A stretch of 64,000 nt of DNA from Longimicrobiales bacterium (GCA_041690395.1 JAWLHJ010000004.1:529365-593364); one strand, 5' to 3'. Positions 1 to 11,247 are shown, counted from the stretch's first letter. Translations and numbers: made by a program. Notes: generated by a model from the sequence alone, not told the origin.

Positions 1-354
1 CCCGTCACCCACTTCCGCGGCGTCCGGGCGCGCCAGCTCGCGCCCGAGCGCGCGTGACGAGTGGAGCAGCACGCCGAGCCGATGGAGCTCGAGCGCTTCC
101 AGCACCGCCCCCTCTACGGCGAGCCGGCGGATCGCGTCGTCGACGTCCGGCACTACGGGCATCCCCCAGTCGGGACGCTCTTCGTGGAACGTCATGACGG
201 CGCCGACGCGGTCGAGCTCCCGCGCCACGTCGGCGCGTCGGGAGCGCGGGCGCAGCGCGCGTACCCTGCGCTTTCCGGCGGCGCTGGCGGCCCTTTCCGC
301 GACGTGATCGAGCACCCGCTCGAACTCCAGGACGGCGAGCGCGTGGTCGCTCAT
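1..354 (-). CDS. mutS2: Endonuclease MutS2, N-terminal part (runs off the window edge)
   Basis: Manual translation from ATG at 354: MSDHALAVLEFERVLDHVAERAASAAGKRRVRALRP...DVDDAIRRLAVEGAVLEALEL, typical MutS2 N-terminus; not in the ORF track. Confidence 0.8.
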   Translation of the reverse strand, partial: MSDHALAVLEFERVLDHVAERAASAAGKRRVRALRPRSRRADVARELDRVGAVMTFHEERPDWGMPVVPDVDDAIRRLAVEGAVLEALELHRLGVLLHSSRALGRELARPDAAEVGDG

Positions 355-375
355 GGCGTCAGGACGGCCCCGGAA

Positions 376-816
376 TCACGCGCCGAGCTCCTCCCGCACG
401 ATCCGGTTGGCTTCCTTCCCGTCGAAGCGACCGCGGATCTCCGGCATGAGCTTGCCCATGACGGCCCCCATCTCCTCCGCCCCCGCGGCCACGATCCCGC
501 GGACGAGCTCCCGCACTTCGTCTTCGGTGAGTTGCGTGGGCAGGTAATTCTGGAGGATGACGGCCTGAGCCTCCTCCTGCTCGGCGAGCTCCTCACGTCC
601 GGCGCCCCTCATCTGCTCCGCGGCGTCGCCGCGCTGCTTGATCGCCTTGGAGACGACCTGGATCACGCCTTCGTCGTCGAGCTCCTTCCCGCCGTCGATC
701 TCCTTATTGCGGATCTCCGAGAGGAGCGTCGACAAGACGAGCAGGCGGGCCTTGTCGCGCTGCTTCCTGGCGGTGTTGAGGTCCCGCTGGATTCGTTCCT
801 TCAGGTCACTGGCCAC
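376..816 (-). CDS. yqeY: GatB/YqeY domain protein
   Basis: LKERIQRDLNTARKQRDK...EIRNKEID...KAIKQRGDAAEQ...YLPTQL...MGAVMG matches the YqeY family. Confidence 0.9.
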   Translation of the reverse strand: MASDLKERIQRDLNTARKQRDKARLLVLSTLLSEIRNKEIDGGKELDDEGVIQVVSKAIKQRGDAAEQMRGAGREELAEQEEAQAVILQNYLPTQLTEDEVRELVRGIVAAGAEEMGAVMGKLMPEIRGRFDGKEANRIVREELGA

Positions 817-830
817 GGTTCTTCCGTCTT

Positions 831-862
831 CAGAGGTTCGCGTCGGCAGAGGTTCGCGTCGG
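831..862. repeat. 16-bp perfect tandem duplication (CAGAGGTTCGCGTCGG x2)
   Basis: Directly visible at 831-846 and 847-862. Confidence 0.9.
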
Positions 863-898
863 CATTCCGGCTACCCGCGAGTTCCGGGGAAGGTACGA

Positions 899-1252
899 TC
901 AACCGGGAGGCCACGTCAGCCGCCGGCCGCCGAGCACGTGGGCGTGCAGGTGTCCGACCGATTGCCCCCCGTCCTCGCCGGTATTGATGACCGTGCGGTA
1001 GCCGGAGTCGGCGATCCCCTCCGTGCGGGCCACCTCCCCCGCGGCCCGCAGCACGTCCCCCAGAAGATCGCGGTCCTCGGGCCCGGCGTGGCCGAGCGAC
1101 GTCAAATGCTCCCTGGGGATCACCAGGACGTGGGTCGGTGCCTGCGGGTTCACGTCGCGGAACGCGATGGTCCGCTCGTCCTCGCGCACGATGTCGGAGG
1201 CGATTCGGCCCGCGGCGATGCCGCAGAAGATACAGTCTGATTCCGAGCTCAT
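899..1252 (-). CDS. hinT: Histidine triad (HIT) nucleotide-binding protein
   Basis: DCIFCGI...AFRDVNPQAPTHVLVIPREH...GQSVGHLHAHVLGGRRLTWPPG; HxHxH triad; start taken at MSSESDC. Confidence 0.93.
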   Translation of the reverse strand: MSSESDCIFCGIAAGRIASDIVREDERTIAFRDVNPQAPTHVLVIPREHLTSLGHAGPEDRDLLGDVLRAAGEVARTEGIADSGYRTVINTGEDGGQSVGHLHAHVLGGRRLTWPPG

Positions 1253-1420
1253 GGTTGTGCTCCGTCGTCTTCCGTTCATCGGATCCGGTGTCGGATGTTG
1301 TCCGTCTCGCGAGGGCGACGCAATGCGCCGACCGGCCGTCCCGTCGCGGCATGGAGACGTCCTTCCCCGGTCGCGACCTTCGACGTGCACTCCCTCTTCC
1401 CCCCGGACCCGGAGCCACAC

Positions 1421-1843
1421 ATGAACCCGATCGCCACGTGCACCGAACACTTCATGGCGGGCCACCCCCACCCGGCGCTCCGCATCGGCGAGATCCTCAC
1501 GCCCGTGGCCGAGCGGGTCGACCGTTCGCTGACGGCCGGACGGCTCAGGGCGGCCCTGGCCGAGCACCCGGAGACCTTCCGTCTGCTCGATCCGTGGCAA
1601 GGCCCGTGGCGCGTTCCGGCCGAGTCGGCGCCCTCCACGGAAGCCGACGTCTGGGTCGTTCTCCTTCCTGGCGCGGGCACGCAGGATCGTCCGGCGGGCG
1701 GTCCCGTCACCACGCTGCGTGAGAGCGTGCGGTGGCTCGCCCGCGGGATCGACCCCCGGTCGTCGCTGTCCGTCAGCCGGTGGTACGCGATCGCGCTGGC
1801 CGAGCGTGAGAGCCGGCGGGCGATCGCCGAGCGGAGCGCCTGA
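1421..1843 (+). CDS. Hypothetical protein (140 aa)
   Basis: ATG at 1421 preceded by GGAG; GC-rich codon usage; fills the gap between HIT and prmA and converges on prmA. Confidence 0.65.
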   Translation: MNPIATCTEHFMAGHPHPALRIGEILTPVAERVDRSLTAGRLRAALAEHPETFRLLDPWQGPWRVPAESAPSTEADVWVVLLPGAGTQDRPAGGPVTTLRESVRWLARGIDPRSSLSVSRWYAIALAERESRRAIAERSA

Positions 1844-1849
1844 CGTTCC

Positions 1850-2725
1850 TCACGACCGGCGGAAGAGGGCGGACCGCCACTCGCCGTCGGCGTCGACGGC
1901 CAGGAAGACGAACCCGTGCTCCGTGGCCGCCGCTTTCATCGCGGGCCATTCCTCCTCGAGGATGCCCGAGAGGATGAGCCAGCCTCCGCTCCCCACCGCC
2001 GCCGCGAATCCCGGGAGCAGTGGGTGGAGGATACCGGACTCGATGTTGGCCACCAGCCCGTCCACTGGGTCCTGCGCCCGTAACCAGCCGACGTCCGCCG
2101 CCCGGATCTCCCAGCTCACCCGGTCCGCGACGCCGTTCCGCTCGACATTCTCCTCGATGGCTTCGGTCGCGAGGGAATCCGATTCGACGGCATGGACACG
2201 ACCGGCCCCGAGCAGCGCGGCCCCGATGGACAGGATCCCCGAGCCCGCACCCACGTCGAGCACGCGGTGGCCGGGCTCCACCGCACCATCCAGGAGCCGG
2301 AGGCAGCCACGCGTGGTCCCGTGCTCCGCGTTCCCGAAGGCCATACCCGGGTCCAGCGTGATGACGAGGTCGCCGTCCCGGGCGTCGGGCACCTCCGTCC
2401 AGGAGGGCTTCACCACGATCCGCTCGGTGAGTCGCCGCGGCTCGAGGCCGCGCCGCCACGTCTCGGCCCAGTCCTCGTGCTCGCGCCAGGACACGTCGAT
2501 CTCGACGTCGTCGAGGCCCGACAGCTCCGTGAGAGTTCGCCTCGCCGAGGCCTCCAGCGCGGAGAGATCGTCGGGCTCCGGGAGGTGCGTCACGTACCAT
2601 CCGTCGCGCTCCTCGACCGCTCGGCCGCCGAGCGCTACGAGCCCTTCGGCGAGCAACTCGCCCGCGTCACCGCCGCCGGGGCTCCGGGCCCGCAGCTCGA
2701 CCCAGCGGCCGTCCGTGACGCTCAT
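1850..2725 (-). CDS. prmA: 50S ribosomal protein L11 methyltransferase
   Basis: [45 protein letters not shown] motifs; follows dnaJ. Confidence 0.93.
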   Translation of the reverse strand: MSVTDGRWVELRARSPGGGDAGELLAEGLVALGGRAVEERDGWYVTHLPEPDDLSALEASARRTLTELSGLDDVEIDVSWREHEDWAETWRRGLEPRRLTERIVVKPSWTEVPDARDGDLVITLDPGMAFGNAEHGTTRGCLRLLDGAVEPGHRVLDVGAGSGILSIGAALLGAGRVHAVESDSLATEAIEENVERNGVADRVSWEIRAADVGWLRAQDPVDGLVANIESGILHPLLPGFAAAVGSGGWLILSGILEEEWPAMKAAATEHGFVFLAVDADGEWRSALFRRS

Positions 2726-3891
2726 CCGCCGGTGAACGCTTCCTTCACGCGCGACCAGAAGCCCTTGCGCGATCCACGCCGGACCTCGTCGGGAGCCGGC
2801 GCCTCGATCTCACGCAGCCGCTCGAACGCCTCCCGCTGCTCCGCGGTGAGGTCGTCCGGGGTCCAGACGACCACGCGCAGGAGCTGGTCGCCGCGAGACG
2901 CACCGTTCAGGTCGGGGAGTCCGAGTCCCTTGAGGCGCAGCACCTCTCCACTCTGGATACCGGGCGGGATCTTCACCCGCGCCACGCCGTCGATGGTGGG
3001 CACGTCGACCTCGTCGCCGAGCGCGGCCTGAGCGAAGGTGATGGGTAGCTCGTGGACCAGGTGCGAGCCCTCCCGCTGGAAGCGGGGATCGTCCTCGACC
3101 TCGAGCAGCACGATCAGGTCGCCCCGCACGCCGCCCCTCGGCCCGACGCTCCCTCGCCCCCGCAACGTCAGGAAGTTCTCGGAGGTCACGCCCGCGGGCA
3201 CTTCCACTTCGACCTCCTGCTCGCTCCGGACGCGTCCCTCTCCGCGGCACTTGGAGCAGCGGTTCTCGATCACGCGCCCCTCACCGGCACAGGTCCGGCA
3301 AGGCTGTACGCTGACGAACTGACCGAAGACCGAACGCTGGACGTGTCGCTCCTCACCGGCTCCACCGCAGGTGGGACACATGGTGGGAGCGCTGCCCGGC
3401 TCGGCCCCGGAGCCGTCGCAGTGCTCGCACGGATCGAGCAGGGAGACACGAAGGGTCTTGGTGACGCCGGTCGCGACCTCGGCCAGCGTCAGCGCCAGGC
3501 GGATGCGGACGGTCTGCCCCTTCCGCGACCCGGAGCGCTGCTGGCGCCCCCCACGCATGCCGAACATCTCCTCGAAGCCCGCGAAGCCACCCCCACCGCC
3601 GCCGAAGTCGCGCATGAAGATCTCGATCGCGTCGGCGAAGTCGAAGCCGGCCGGCCCTCCGCCGCCGGCGCCCTTCAACCCCTGCTCGCCGTAGCGGTCG
3701 TAGACGGAGCGCTTGTCCGGATCACGCAGCACCTCGTAGGCCTGCGTGATCTCCTTGAACTTCTCTTCCGACTCCTTGGAGCCGTTGTTCTTATCCGGGT
3801 GGTATTTCACCGCGAGCTTGCGGTACGCCTTCTTGATCTCTTCGGCATCCGCGGAGCGGTCCACGCCGAGAAGCTGGTAATAATCGGCCAT
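2722..3891 (-). CDS. dnaJ: Chaperone DnaJ
   Basis: J domain with HPD, G/F-rich region, four CxxCxGxG repeats. Confidence 0.97.
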   Translation of the reverse strand: MADYYQLLGVDRSADAEEIKKAYRKLAVKYHPDKNNGSKESEEKFKEITQAYEVLRDPDKRSVYDRYGEQGLKGAGGGGPAGFDFADAIEIFMRDFGGGGGGFAGFEEMFGMRGGRQQRSGSRKGQTVRIRLALTLAEVATGVTKTLRVSLLDPCEHCDGSGAEPGSAPTMCPTCGGAGEERHVQRSVFGQFVSVQPCRTCAGEGRVIENRCSKCRGEGRVRSEQEVEVEVPAGVTSENFLTLRGRGSVGPRGGVRGDLIVLLEVEDDPRFQREGSHLVHELPITFAQAALGDEVDVPTIDGVARVKIPPGIQSGEVLRLKGLGLPDLNGASRGDQLLRVVVWTPDDLTAEQREAFERLREIEAPAPDEVRRGSRKGFWSRVKEAFTGG

Positions 3892-3946
3892 CGATCTTCC
3901 GGAGATTCCGGCTCCCGGGGACGGACGCCCCGAGGCCGGAAGGGAA

Positions 3947-5017
3947 TCAGGTTCCGAGCACCCGCGAGACGAGCGTCGAAGTATAGTCCACGATCGTCAC
4001 GACTTTCTCGTACGGCATGCGCGTCGGGCCGATCACGCCGATCACGCCCTTGAGATCGCCCACGCGGTACTCCGCCGTGACGAGAGTGAAATCGGTCAGG
4101 ATGCTGGAGTCGTTCTCACCCCCGATGGTGATACGGAGGCGACCGCCATGCTCCCTCAGCCCCACCGCCTCGGCCAGCAGGTCCCGCTGCTCGGTGAGCT
4201 CGATGAGCCCCTTCATGCGCTCGCTCGTCTCGAACTCGGGCTGCGACGCGAGAACGCTCGTGTGCCCGAGGTGGAGCTGGGTGGAGTCCAACGACCGGAG
4301 GTCGAAGAGCTCGGCGCCCGACTGGACGAAGATGTTGATCAACTCCTCCCCCGGCTCGCCTCGCGCGACGTCCTTCAGCCGGTCGTGCAGCGTCAGCCGG
4401 ATGTCCTGGAAGGTCGACCCCGCCAGCCGCTCGTTCAGCGCGACCGTGATCTGCACCAACATCTCCTGCGGGACCTCGATGGGGAGGTCCACGTAGACGG
4501 TGCGCACCACACCGCCGCGGATGGTCGCGACGAGAAGGACCTTGTTCGAGGATACCTGGATGAGCTCCAGCTTCTCGAGAACCGCGTCCTCGAGCCGGGG
4601 CGCCATCGCGACGCCGAGCTCGTTCGAGATGAGGCTGAGCGCCCGGGTGGCGTGCATGACGAGCCGTTCGATGGCCGAGGAGCCCGCGAGCCCGACCTCG
4701 CGCTCGAGACTCTCGCGCTCGGCGGGAGACAGCGCGTGCGGCTCCATGAGCCGGTCGACGAAGAAGCGGTAGGCCAGATCGGTCGGCACCCGCCCCGCCG
4801 AGGTGTGCGGGTGGAAGAGATACCCCTTCTCCTCCAGGTCGCTCATGGTGTTCCGCACGGTCGCCGCGGACACACCGAGGTCGAACGCACGGGAGACCGT
4901 GCGGCTGCCGGCCGGCTCCGCACTCGCGACGTACGTGCGCACGACGGCGTCGAGAACCTGTCGTTCCCTGTCGGTCAGGTCGGTCCCGACCATCTCGTTG
5001 CGCGCTTTGGTGTCCAT
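3947..5017 (-). CDS. hrcA: Heat-inducible transcription repressor HrcA
   Basis: [30 protein letters not shown] and [10 protein letters not shown] motifs. Confidence 0.96.
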   Translation of the reverse strand: MDTKARNEMVGTDLTDRERQVLDAVVRTYVASAEPAGSRTVSRAFDLGVSAATVRNTMSDLEEKGYLFHPHTSAGRVPTDLAYRFFVDRLMEPHALSPAERESLEREVGLAGSSAIERLVMHATRALSLISNELGVAMAPRLEDAVLEKLELIQVSSNKVLLVATIRGGVVRTVYVDLPIEVPQEMLVQITVALNERLAGSTFQDIRLTLHDRLKDVARGEPGEELINIFVQSGAELFDLRSLDSTQLHLGHTSVLASQPEFETSERMKGLIELTEQRDLLAEAVGLREHGGRLRITIGGENDSSILTDFTLVTAEYRVGDLKGVIGVIGPTRMPYEKVVTIVDYTSTLVSRVLGT

Positions 5018-5027
5018 GGGATCTCGG

Positions 5028-5057
5028 AAGATCGAAACGGGGCGGCGGACGGGTCAA
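5028..5057 (-). promoter_or_regulatory. Putative sigma70-type promoter of hrcA (TTGACC-N18-GATCTT)
   Basis: Same geometry as the putative promoters at 29273-29302 and 48878-48907. Confidence 0.5.
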
Positions 5058-5112
5058 CCCACCGACGGGTCGCGGAGACCCGGGCGCACGCCGACGTACG
5101 GCGGCCCCGTTC

Positions 5113-6261
5113 TCAGCGGCCGGCGAGGTCCACGGCCAGACGGTCGAGCAGGAGCCAACCGTTCGGCGTGAGACGTACCCGTCCATCCTGGAGGATCGCG
5201 AGGCCCTGTTGTACCCACGAATCGACGATACGAGCCCGTCGCCCTCCGGGCTCGGGCGCCTCGAGGCCCGAACGAGTGCGCAGGCCGAGCCAGACGCGCT
5301 CGAGATCGACCGCCTCGTCGTCCAGCGTTTCCCGCGCTTCTTCCGGGCTCCCACCGGATACGACCCGCGTACGGTACGCGTCCCAGTCCCTCACGTTCCA
5401 ACGGCGGACGGGCGGCGCATAGGCGTGGGCGCCGTTCCCCAGCCCGAGATACGGCCCGCCGTTCCAGTACACCGCGTTGTGGCGGGCCTCGTGGCCGGGC
5501 AGGGCGAAGTTGGAGACCTCGTAGTGCACGTACCCCTGCGCGGTGAGCGTCTCCGCGGCCAGGAGGAACTCGTCGGCGTACCGCTCCTCGTCCACCGGCT
5601 TCTCCCGGCCCTCCGCGACCGCCCGCCCCAGCGCGGTACCGGGCTCGACGGTGAGGCCGTACAGGCTCACGTGCGGGACGTCGAGCTCGAGCGCGCGCTC
5701 GAGATCTCCGGCCCACGAGCGTCCGAGGTGCGCCGGCAACCCGAAGATCAGGTCGACGCTCAGCTCCTCGATGCCCGCCGCGCGCGCCGTGGCCACCGCG
5801 GCCGGGCCACCCTCCACGCCATGCATGCGGCCCATCCATCGGAGCGTCGGCTCGTGGAACGTCTGGACCCCCAGGCTGATCCGGTTCACCCCCGCGGCCC
5901 GCCATCCCTCCGCCACCCGCGCGTCGAAGCTCTCGGGGTTGGCCTCGGCCGTCCACTCCAGATCGCGCCGTCCGAGGCGCTCCTCGCCGATCAGCTCGGC
6001 CAGACCCACCATCGCGTCCGGCCCGAGCAGGGACGGCGTTCCGCCACCGACATAGAGGGTGTCCAGCTCCGGCGCGAGCCGGAAGAGTCCCTCGCTCCGG
6101 ACGATGTCGAGCTCGGCTCGCAACGCCTCCCACCAGGGCTCCGGGCCGCCCTCGGCTCGCACTTTCACCGCGAAGTCGCAGTAGACGCACCGACGCGCGC
6201 AGAAGGGCGCGTGCACGTAGACCGAGGCGACCTCGGTCGCGTCCGCCGCGCCCGCCTTCAT
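5113..6261 (-). CDS. hemW: Radical SAM heme chaperone HemW
   Basis: YVHAPFCARRCVYCDF (CxxxCxxC), GGGTPS, YEVSNF, HNAVYW. Confidence 0.92.
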   Translation of the reverse strand: MKAGAADATEVASVYVHAPFCARRCVYCDFAVKVRAEGGPEPWWEALRAELDIVRSEGLFRLAPELDTLYVGGGTPSLLGPDAMVGLAELIGEERLGRRDLEWTAEANPESFDARVAEGWRAAGVNRISLGVQTFHEPTLRWMGRMHGVEGGPAAVATARAAGIEELSVDLIFGLPAHLGRSWAGDLERALELDVPHVSLYGLTVEPGTALGRAVAEGREKPVDEERYADEFLLAAETLTAQGYVHYEVSNFALPGHEARHNAVYWNGGPYLGLGNGAHAYAPPVRRWNVRDWDAYRTRVVSGGSPEEARETLDDEAVDLERVWLGLRTRSGLEAPEPGGRRARIVDSWVQQGLAILQDGRVRLTPNGWLLLDRLAVDLAGR

Positions 6262-7415
6262 GCCGCTCGGAAGTGGAAGCCGGGCATCTGCTCGACCGCT
6301 CCGTCGAGCTCGAGACGCACGAGCAACGCCAGCGCCACCGGCACATCGAGTCCGGCTGCGGCCGCGAGGTCGTCGACGTGGAGCGGTCCGGCGTCCAGCG
6401 ACGACAGGAGCCGGCGCTCCGGCTCCGCCAGCCGCGATCGCGTCTCCTCGCTCTGCTCCCCGCCACCGGTCCCGTCCGTCGCGGGGGCATCAGCCGGCGC
6501 GCCCGCGCCCGCGGCCGGCCCACCCACCTCGTCGACAAATCGCTCGATAGAGACCAGCGGAAGGGCGCCATCGGCCAGGAGCCGGTTGCTCCCGTCGCAC
6601 GCCCGGGTGTCGATCGGGCCCGGCACGGCCCAGACGTCGCGGCCGAGGTCGAGCGCGTGCTCGACGGTGATCAGCGCACCGCTGCGCGGCCCGGCCTCGA
6701 CCACCACGACCGACTCCGACAGCGCGGCCATGATCCGGTTCCGACGGGGGAAGTGGTGGGGCAGCGGTGGAGTCCCCGGCAGGAACTCACTCACGACGAG
6801 CCCATGACGGAGGATCTCCTCGAACAGCCGCCGGTGTGACGACGGATACGCCGCGTCCGCCCCGCGGCCGACCACCGCCACGGTGGCGCCGCCGACTTCG
6901 AGGGCACCCCGGTGCGCGGCCCCGTCCACGCCGAGCGCCATCCCGCTCACCACAGGGACACCCGCGCGGCCGAGGGCGCGCCCGAGCCTGCGGGCGAGAT
7001 CCTTGCCGCGGGCGGTGCCCCGCCGCGATCCCACGACCGACACGCCACCCTCACCGAGCAGCTCGGTCCGTCCCCGCAGGAAGAGCACGGGGGGTGGATC
7101 GTCCAGACGGAACAGAGACTGCGGGTAGGCAGTTTCGCTCCAGGTGAGGACGCGCATGCCGAGGCGGCCGGCGAGCGCCAGAGCGTCGTCCACGACACGC
7201 CCGACCTCTCGGTCGCCGCGCGCGGTAGCCGCCGCGGGCCCCGCGACTTCCCTGAAGTGCCGGGTCGGGGCGGACAACGCGCCCTCCGCCGTGCCGAACG
7301 ACTCGATCAGCGCACGGATCCGTCGTGGACCCACACCCGGGAGTTGGTCGAGATGAAGGAGCGCGTGCGCCTCCCGGGGAGAAGCGCTCGCCGGACGCCT
7401 CACGGACTCCACCAC
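6258..7415 (-). CDS. dprA: DNA-processing protein DprA
   Basis: [44 protein letters not shown]-terminal winged helix. Confidence 0.95.
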   Translation of the reverse strand: MVESVRRPASASPREAHALLHLDQLPGVGPRRIRALIESFGTAEGALSAPTRHFREVAGPAAATARGDREVGRVVDDALALAGRLGMRVLTWSETAYPQSLFRLDDPPPVLFLRGRTELLGEGGVSVVGSRRGTARGKDLARRLGRALGRAGVPVVSGMALGVDGAAHRGALEVGGATVAVVGRGADAAYPSSHRRLFEEILRHGLVVSEFLPGTPPLPHHFPRRNRIMAALSESVVVVEAGPRSGALITVEHALDLGRDVWAVPGPIDTRACDGSNRLLADGALPLVSIERFVDEVGGPAAGAGAPADAPATDGTGGGEQSEETRSRLAEPERRLLSSLDAGPLHVDDLAAAAGLDVPVALALLVRLELDGAVEQMPGFHFRAA

Positions 7416-8437
7416 TCCTCGTCGTCGTCCGCGACCTCGCTACGCGCCTCCGCCTCCACCCGCTCACGACTCGCCGCCCAGAGTTTTTCCATGAGCTCCG
7501 GAACACCGCGGTTCGTGATGGACGAGATCCCGTAGACCCCGAGGGCCTCCTTCACGTCGATCTCCGGGAGCGGATCGTCTGGGCCGAGCAGGTCGATCTT
7601 CGTGAGCGCCACGAGGAAGGGGGTGCGCGTCAGCTCCTCGGAGTATGCGGCGAGCTCCCGTCGGAGCAGGTCGTATTCGGCCTGAGGATCCTCCGCGTCG
7701 ACCGGAATCATGAGCAGGAGGATCCGCGTCCGCTCGATGTGCCGCAGGAACTGATGCCCGAGCCCCTTCCCCTCGTGCGCCCCACCGATGATCCCGGGGA
7801 TGTCGGCGATGACGAACGTGCGGTACCCGGACAGCTCGACGACGCCGAGGTTCGGCTCGAGCGTCGTGAACGGATAGGCCGCCACCTTGGGTCGGGCAGC
7901 CGTCGCGGTGGCGAGCAGCGTGGACTTCCCCGCATTGGGCTCCCCGACGAGACCGACGTCGGCGATGAGCTTGAGCTCGAGCCGAACACGCCGCTCCTCT
8001 CCTTCCTCACCCGGCTCCCACTTGGTCGGCGCCTGGCGGGTGGATGACTTGAAACGGATGTTCCCACGGCCTCCGCGCCCGCCCCGGGCCACGACGACGC
8101 GCTGGCCTTCCTCGAGCAGCTCGCCCAGGAGCTCGTCGGTGTCCTCGTCGTATGCGATGGTGCCCGGAGGAACCTTCAGCACCATGTCCTCCCCGGACCG
8201 GCCCGTCTTCTGGTTGCCCTCGCCGTGCATCCCGCGCTCGGCCTTGTAGTGCCGCCGGTAGCTGTAGTCGAGGAGCGTCGCCAGCTGGCTGTCGGCCTCC
8301 AGGATGACGCTGCCGCCGTCCCCGCCGTCACCCCCGGCCGGGCCGCCTCGCGGGACACCCCGCTCCCGCCGGAACGCCTCGGAACCGGAGCCTCCGGTCC
8401 CCCCGATGACCTCGATGACCGCGCGATCGACGAACAT
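7400..8437 (-). CDS. obgE: GTPase ObgE
   Basis: MFVDRA start, glycine-rich Obg fold, [23 protein letters not shown]. Confidence 0.97.
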   Translation of the reverse strand: MFVDRAVIEVIGGTGGSGSEAFRRERGVPRGGPAGGDGGDGGSVILEADSQLATLLDYSYRRHYKAERGMHGEGNQKTGRSGEDMVLKVPPGTIAYDEDTDELLGELLEEGQRVVVARGGRGGRGNIRFKSSTRQAPTKWEPGEEGEERRVRLELKLIADVGLVGEPNAGKSTLLATATAARPKVAAYPFTTLEPNLGVVELSGYRTFVIADIPGIIGGAHEGKGLGHQFLRHIERTRILLLMIPVDAEDPQAEYDLLRRELAAYSEELTRTPFLVALTKIDLLGPDDPLPEIDVKEALGVYGISSITNRGVPELMEKLWAASRERVEAEARSEVADDDEEWWSP

Positions 8438-8440
8438 GGC

Positions 8441-9466
8441 TCAAAGCTCCCTGGTCTGCGCACCGGCGAACAAACGTCCGCTCGGATCGAACTCGAATGC
8501 CGGTCGGATCTCGCCGACCACCTCTCCCCGCGTATTCCGCACCGCCGGCCGCCCGTGCCGGGACAGGGCCGCGACCTCGCCGGAGGTCAGTGCGCCGAGC
8601 AGCTCGAGCACCCGCACCAGCGCGACCTCGACCGCCCTGCGCCCTCCGTCCGCCACCTTGATGGCGAAGCCCAATCCTTCCGCCGGCCATCCCCCTCCGT
8701 AGACACCCTCGGCGCCCAGCTTCACGAACACACGGCCCTCGCCTCGCGCCATGACGTCCGTGCACGTGCGCCCCTCGCCACCCACCATGAACGGCCGGCC
8801 GGTCATGGCGCGTACGATCCGCGCCGCCGGCTCTTCGTCCGCGGCCGCCCGAGCGAAGCGCGCGAACGCTCCGGCCATGCGCTCGAGCGTCACGGCGAAG
8901 CACGGCACCCCGCATCCGTCCACCGCCACCGCAACGTCACGCCGCGGCACCTCGGACCACCGCGCGATCTCGTCGAGCATCCGCTCCTGCACCGGATGGT
9001 CCGGGAGATGGTAGTCCAGCGGATCCCAACCCATGCCCACGGCGAGCGCGAGCATGCCGGCATGCTTCCCGGAGCAGTTGTTGTGGATCCGCTGCGGAGC
9101 CCCTCCTTCCGCGTACACCGCCCTCGCCGCCTTCGACGAGTACGGAGCGTGTGCGCCGCACCGGAGCAGCGCCTCGTCGACCCCGGCCTTGGCCAGGATG
9201 GACCGGGCGGCCGCCACGTGTTCGGGGCTCCCCTCGTGCGAAGCGCAGCAGAGCGCCAACTCTTCCGAGGTGAGGCCGAGACGGTCGGCCACCTCCTCCT
9301 CGACCAGCGGCAGGGCCTGCATGGGCTTGGCCGCAGACCGGTAGAACGTGACCCCTTCCACGTCGCCGACCGACGCGACCCGTCGACCGGACGCGTCGCA
9401 CACGACCACCGACACCCGGTGGCGCGATTCGACGATGCCGCCACGCACGACCTCGACGTGACTCAT
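8441..9466 (-). CDS. L-asparaginase II (Rhizobium AnsA-type) family protein
   Basis: RSAAKP, HNNCSGKHAGML, DGCG, KLGAEG motifs. Confidence 0.9.
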   Translation of the reverse strand: MSHVEVVRGGIVESRHRVSVVVCDASGRRVASVGDVEGVTFYRSAAKPMQALPLVEEEVADRLGLTSEELALCCASHEGSPEHVAAARSILAKAGVDEALLRCGAHAPYSSKAARAVYAEGGAPQRIHNNCSGKHAGMLALAVGMGWDPLDYHLPDHPVQERMLDEIARWSEVPRRDVAVAVDGCGVPCFAVTLERMAGAFARFARAAADEEPAARIVRAMTGRPFMVGGEGRTCTDVMARGEGRVFVKLGAEGVYGGGWPAEGLGFAIKVADGGRRAVEVALVRVLELLGALTSGEVAALSRHGRPAVRNTRGEVVGEIRPAFEFDPSGRLFAGAQTREL

Positions 9467-9559
9467 GGGTCGCTTCCGGTCGTCGGGGGTTCGGTGAGCA
9501 CGTGCATGGGTTCAAGAGAGCCCGATTCGGCCGATCGCGACATGTCGGGATGGGACAGA

Positions 9560-11179
9560 TTACGAGCCGGAAGGCACCCCCGCACGCCCGTCGACCGCCG
9601 CGAACAGGTCGTCCGTCGACCGGGCTCCCGCGAGGAGATCGAGGGCCGCTTCGAGCTGACGATCGAACGGAACGCCCTGCTCGAACTGACCCTGCTCGCC
9701 CCAGGCCTGCAAGGCGATCTCCCGCTCCAGATGATACCGCACGAAGCGCTCCGCCCGCTCGAAGTCCTCGAGCGCAACGGGCTCGCCGTCCTCCGGAAGC
9801 GATCCGTAGAACTCGCGCAGGTCCCCTCCGCTCAGGGAGAAGCCACGAGCGAGCCCCGCGTGGTCGCGGACGTACGCCACGGCATAGCTGAAAAGCGCCT
9901 CCTGGAACGCGCCCCCGCGCCGGAAGATGCGCTGCACGGCCCGCGCCTCCGCCTCGCTGAGCGTCTCGGGTGTGACGAGGAGGTCCGGCACGATGCCGCC
10001 GCCGCCGTACAGGGTGCGGCCGCCCATCGACGTATGCGTGGGGCGGTCGCCGACGCCGGAGGAGTCGACCACCTGACCCGAGATCGCGAGCACGGGCTCG
10101 GTGCTTTCCGTCTCCATGTCCTCGAGCCGATCGATGGAGCGCCCGGCCGGCGTGAACCACCGAGCGGTCGTGAGGCGGAGCACGTTGCCGCCGGTCAGGC
10201 GGAACAGGCTCTGGACCGACCCTTTGCCATAGGTCGTCTGCCCCAGCACCACCGCCCGGTCGTGGTCCTGGAGTGCCCCCGCGATGATCTCGGACGCCGA
10301 CGCGCTCGTGCCGTCGACGAGCACCACCACCGGCACGCCGCCGTAGCGGTCGGGATCACTCGCCCGGAACACGTCGTTCTGGTCGACCGCCCGGCCGCGC
10401 GTCTCGACGATTCCGTCGCCCGGCTCCAGGAAGAGGTCCGTCACCGCGATGCCTTCATCGAGCAGTCCGCCGGGGTTGCCGCGCAGGTCCAGCACGAGCC
10501 CGCGCATGCCTTCGTTGCGCAGAGAGTCGATGGCCGCGCGCACCTCGCTGGACGAGGTCTCCCGCACCGTCTGGAGCGGCACGTAGCCCACGTCCCCCCG
10601 CAACATGGACGCGAACGGGACCGCCTTCAGCTGGATCACCGCCCGCTCGAGCGTGAAGGGGATCGGCTCCTCGACTCCGGGACGCAGCATGAGGACCCGG
10701 ACCTCGGTGCCCGGCCGGCCCCGGAGGAGCTCGACGGCCTGATCGGTGTTCATGGTATCCGCACGGATTCCGCCGATCTCGTAGAAGCGGTCACCCGCCC
10801 TCAGCCCGGCGCGCGCCCCGGGGGAGCCCGGTATGGGGCTCACCACGGTCACGTAGCCGTCCCGGTCGATTACCTCGAGCCCGACGCCTCCGTACTCCCC
10901 CTCGGTCCGGATCCGCAGGTCCTCGTAATCGCGGGCCGGGAGGAACGAGGAGTGCGGGTCGTCGAGGTCACGAATGAGCCCGTCGATGGCCGACTGGTAG
11001 AGGGTCTCCTGGTCGACCTCCTCGACGAAGCTGGACGTCACCCGGTCGACCACTTCCTGGAGGACCCGCACCTGCGTATAGAGGTTCGCCGAGCGATCGA
11101 CGCCTTCCTGGAGCAGCCACCCTCCGGCCGCGATCGAGAGCGCGACCACGAGCGTGGGCACCACGAGTCCTCTCTTCAC
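9560..11179 (-). CDS. S41 family C-terminal processing peptidase (PDZ)
   Basis: LDDPHS, PDZ domain, LDLRGNPGGLL, SASASEI, GKGSVQ; GTG start at 11179 after GGAGG. Confidence 0.93.
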   Translation of the reverse strand: MKRGLVVPTLVVALSIAAGGWLLQEGVDRSANLYTQVRVLQEVVDRVTSSFVEEVDQETLYQSAIDGLIRDLDDPHSSFLPARDYEDLRIRTEGEYGGVGLEVIDRDGYVTVVSPIPGSPGARAGLRAGDRFYEIGGIRADTMNTDQAVELLRGRPGTEVRVLMLRPGVEEPIPFTLERAVIQLKAVPFASMLRGDVGYVPLQTVRETSSSEVRAAIDSLRNEGMRGLVLDLRGNPGGLLDEGIAVTDLFLEPGDGIVETRGRAVDQNDVFRASDPDRYGGVPVVVLVDGTSASASEIIAGALQDHDRAVVLGQTTYGKGSVQSLFRLTGGNVLRLTTARWFTPAGRSIDRLEDMETESTEPVLAISGQVVDSSGVGDRPTHTSMGGRTLYGGGGIVPDLLVTPETLSEAEARAVQRIFRRGGAFQEALFSYAVAYVRDHAGLARGFSLSGGDLREFYGSLPEDGEPVALEDFERAERFVRYHLEREIALQAWGEQGQFEQGVPFDRQLEAALDLLAGARSTDDLFAAVDGRAGVPSGS

Positions 11180-11247
11180 ATTCCCTCCAGATATCCTTCG
11201 AAAGACACGCCTACCGACCCGGGCCACGAGCAGAGGGCATGAGAAGA

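Noticed and set aside
8225..11242. 1005-aa plus-strand ORF
   Set aside because: Antisense shadow of the asparaginase and S41 protease genes; long stop-free antisense frames are expected at this GC content, and it has no recognisable motifs
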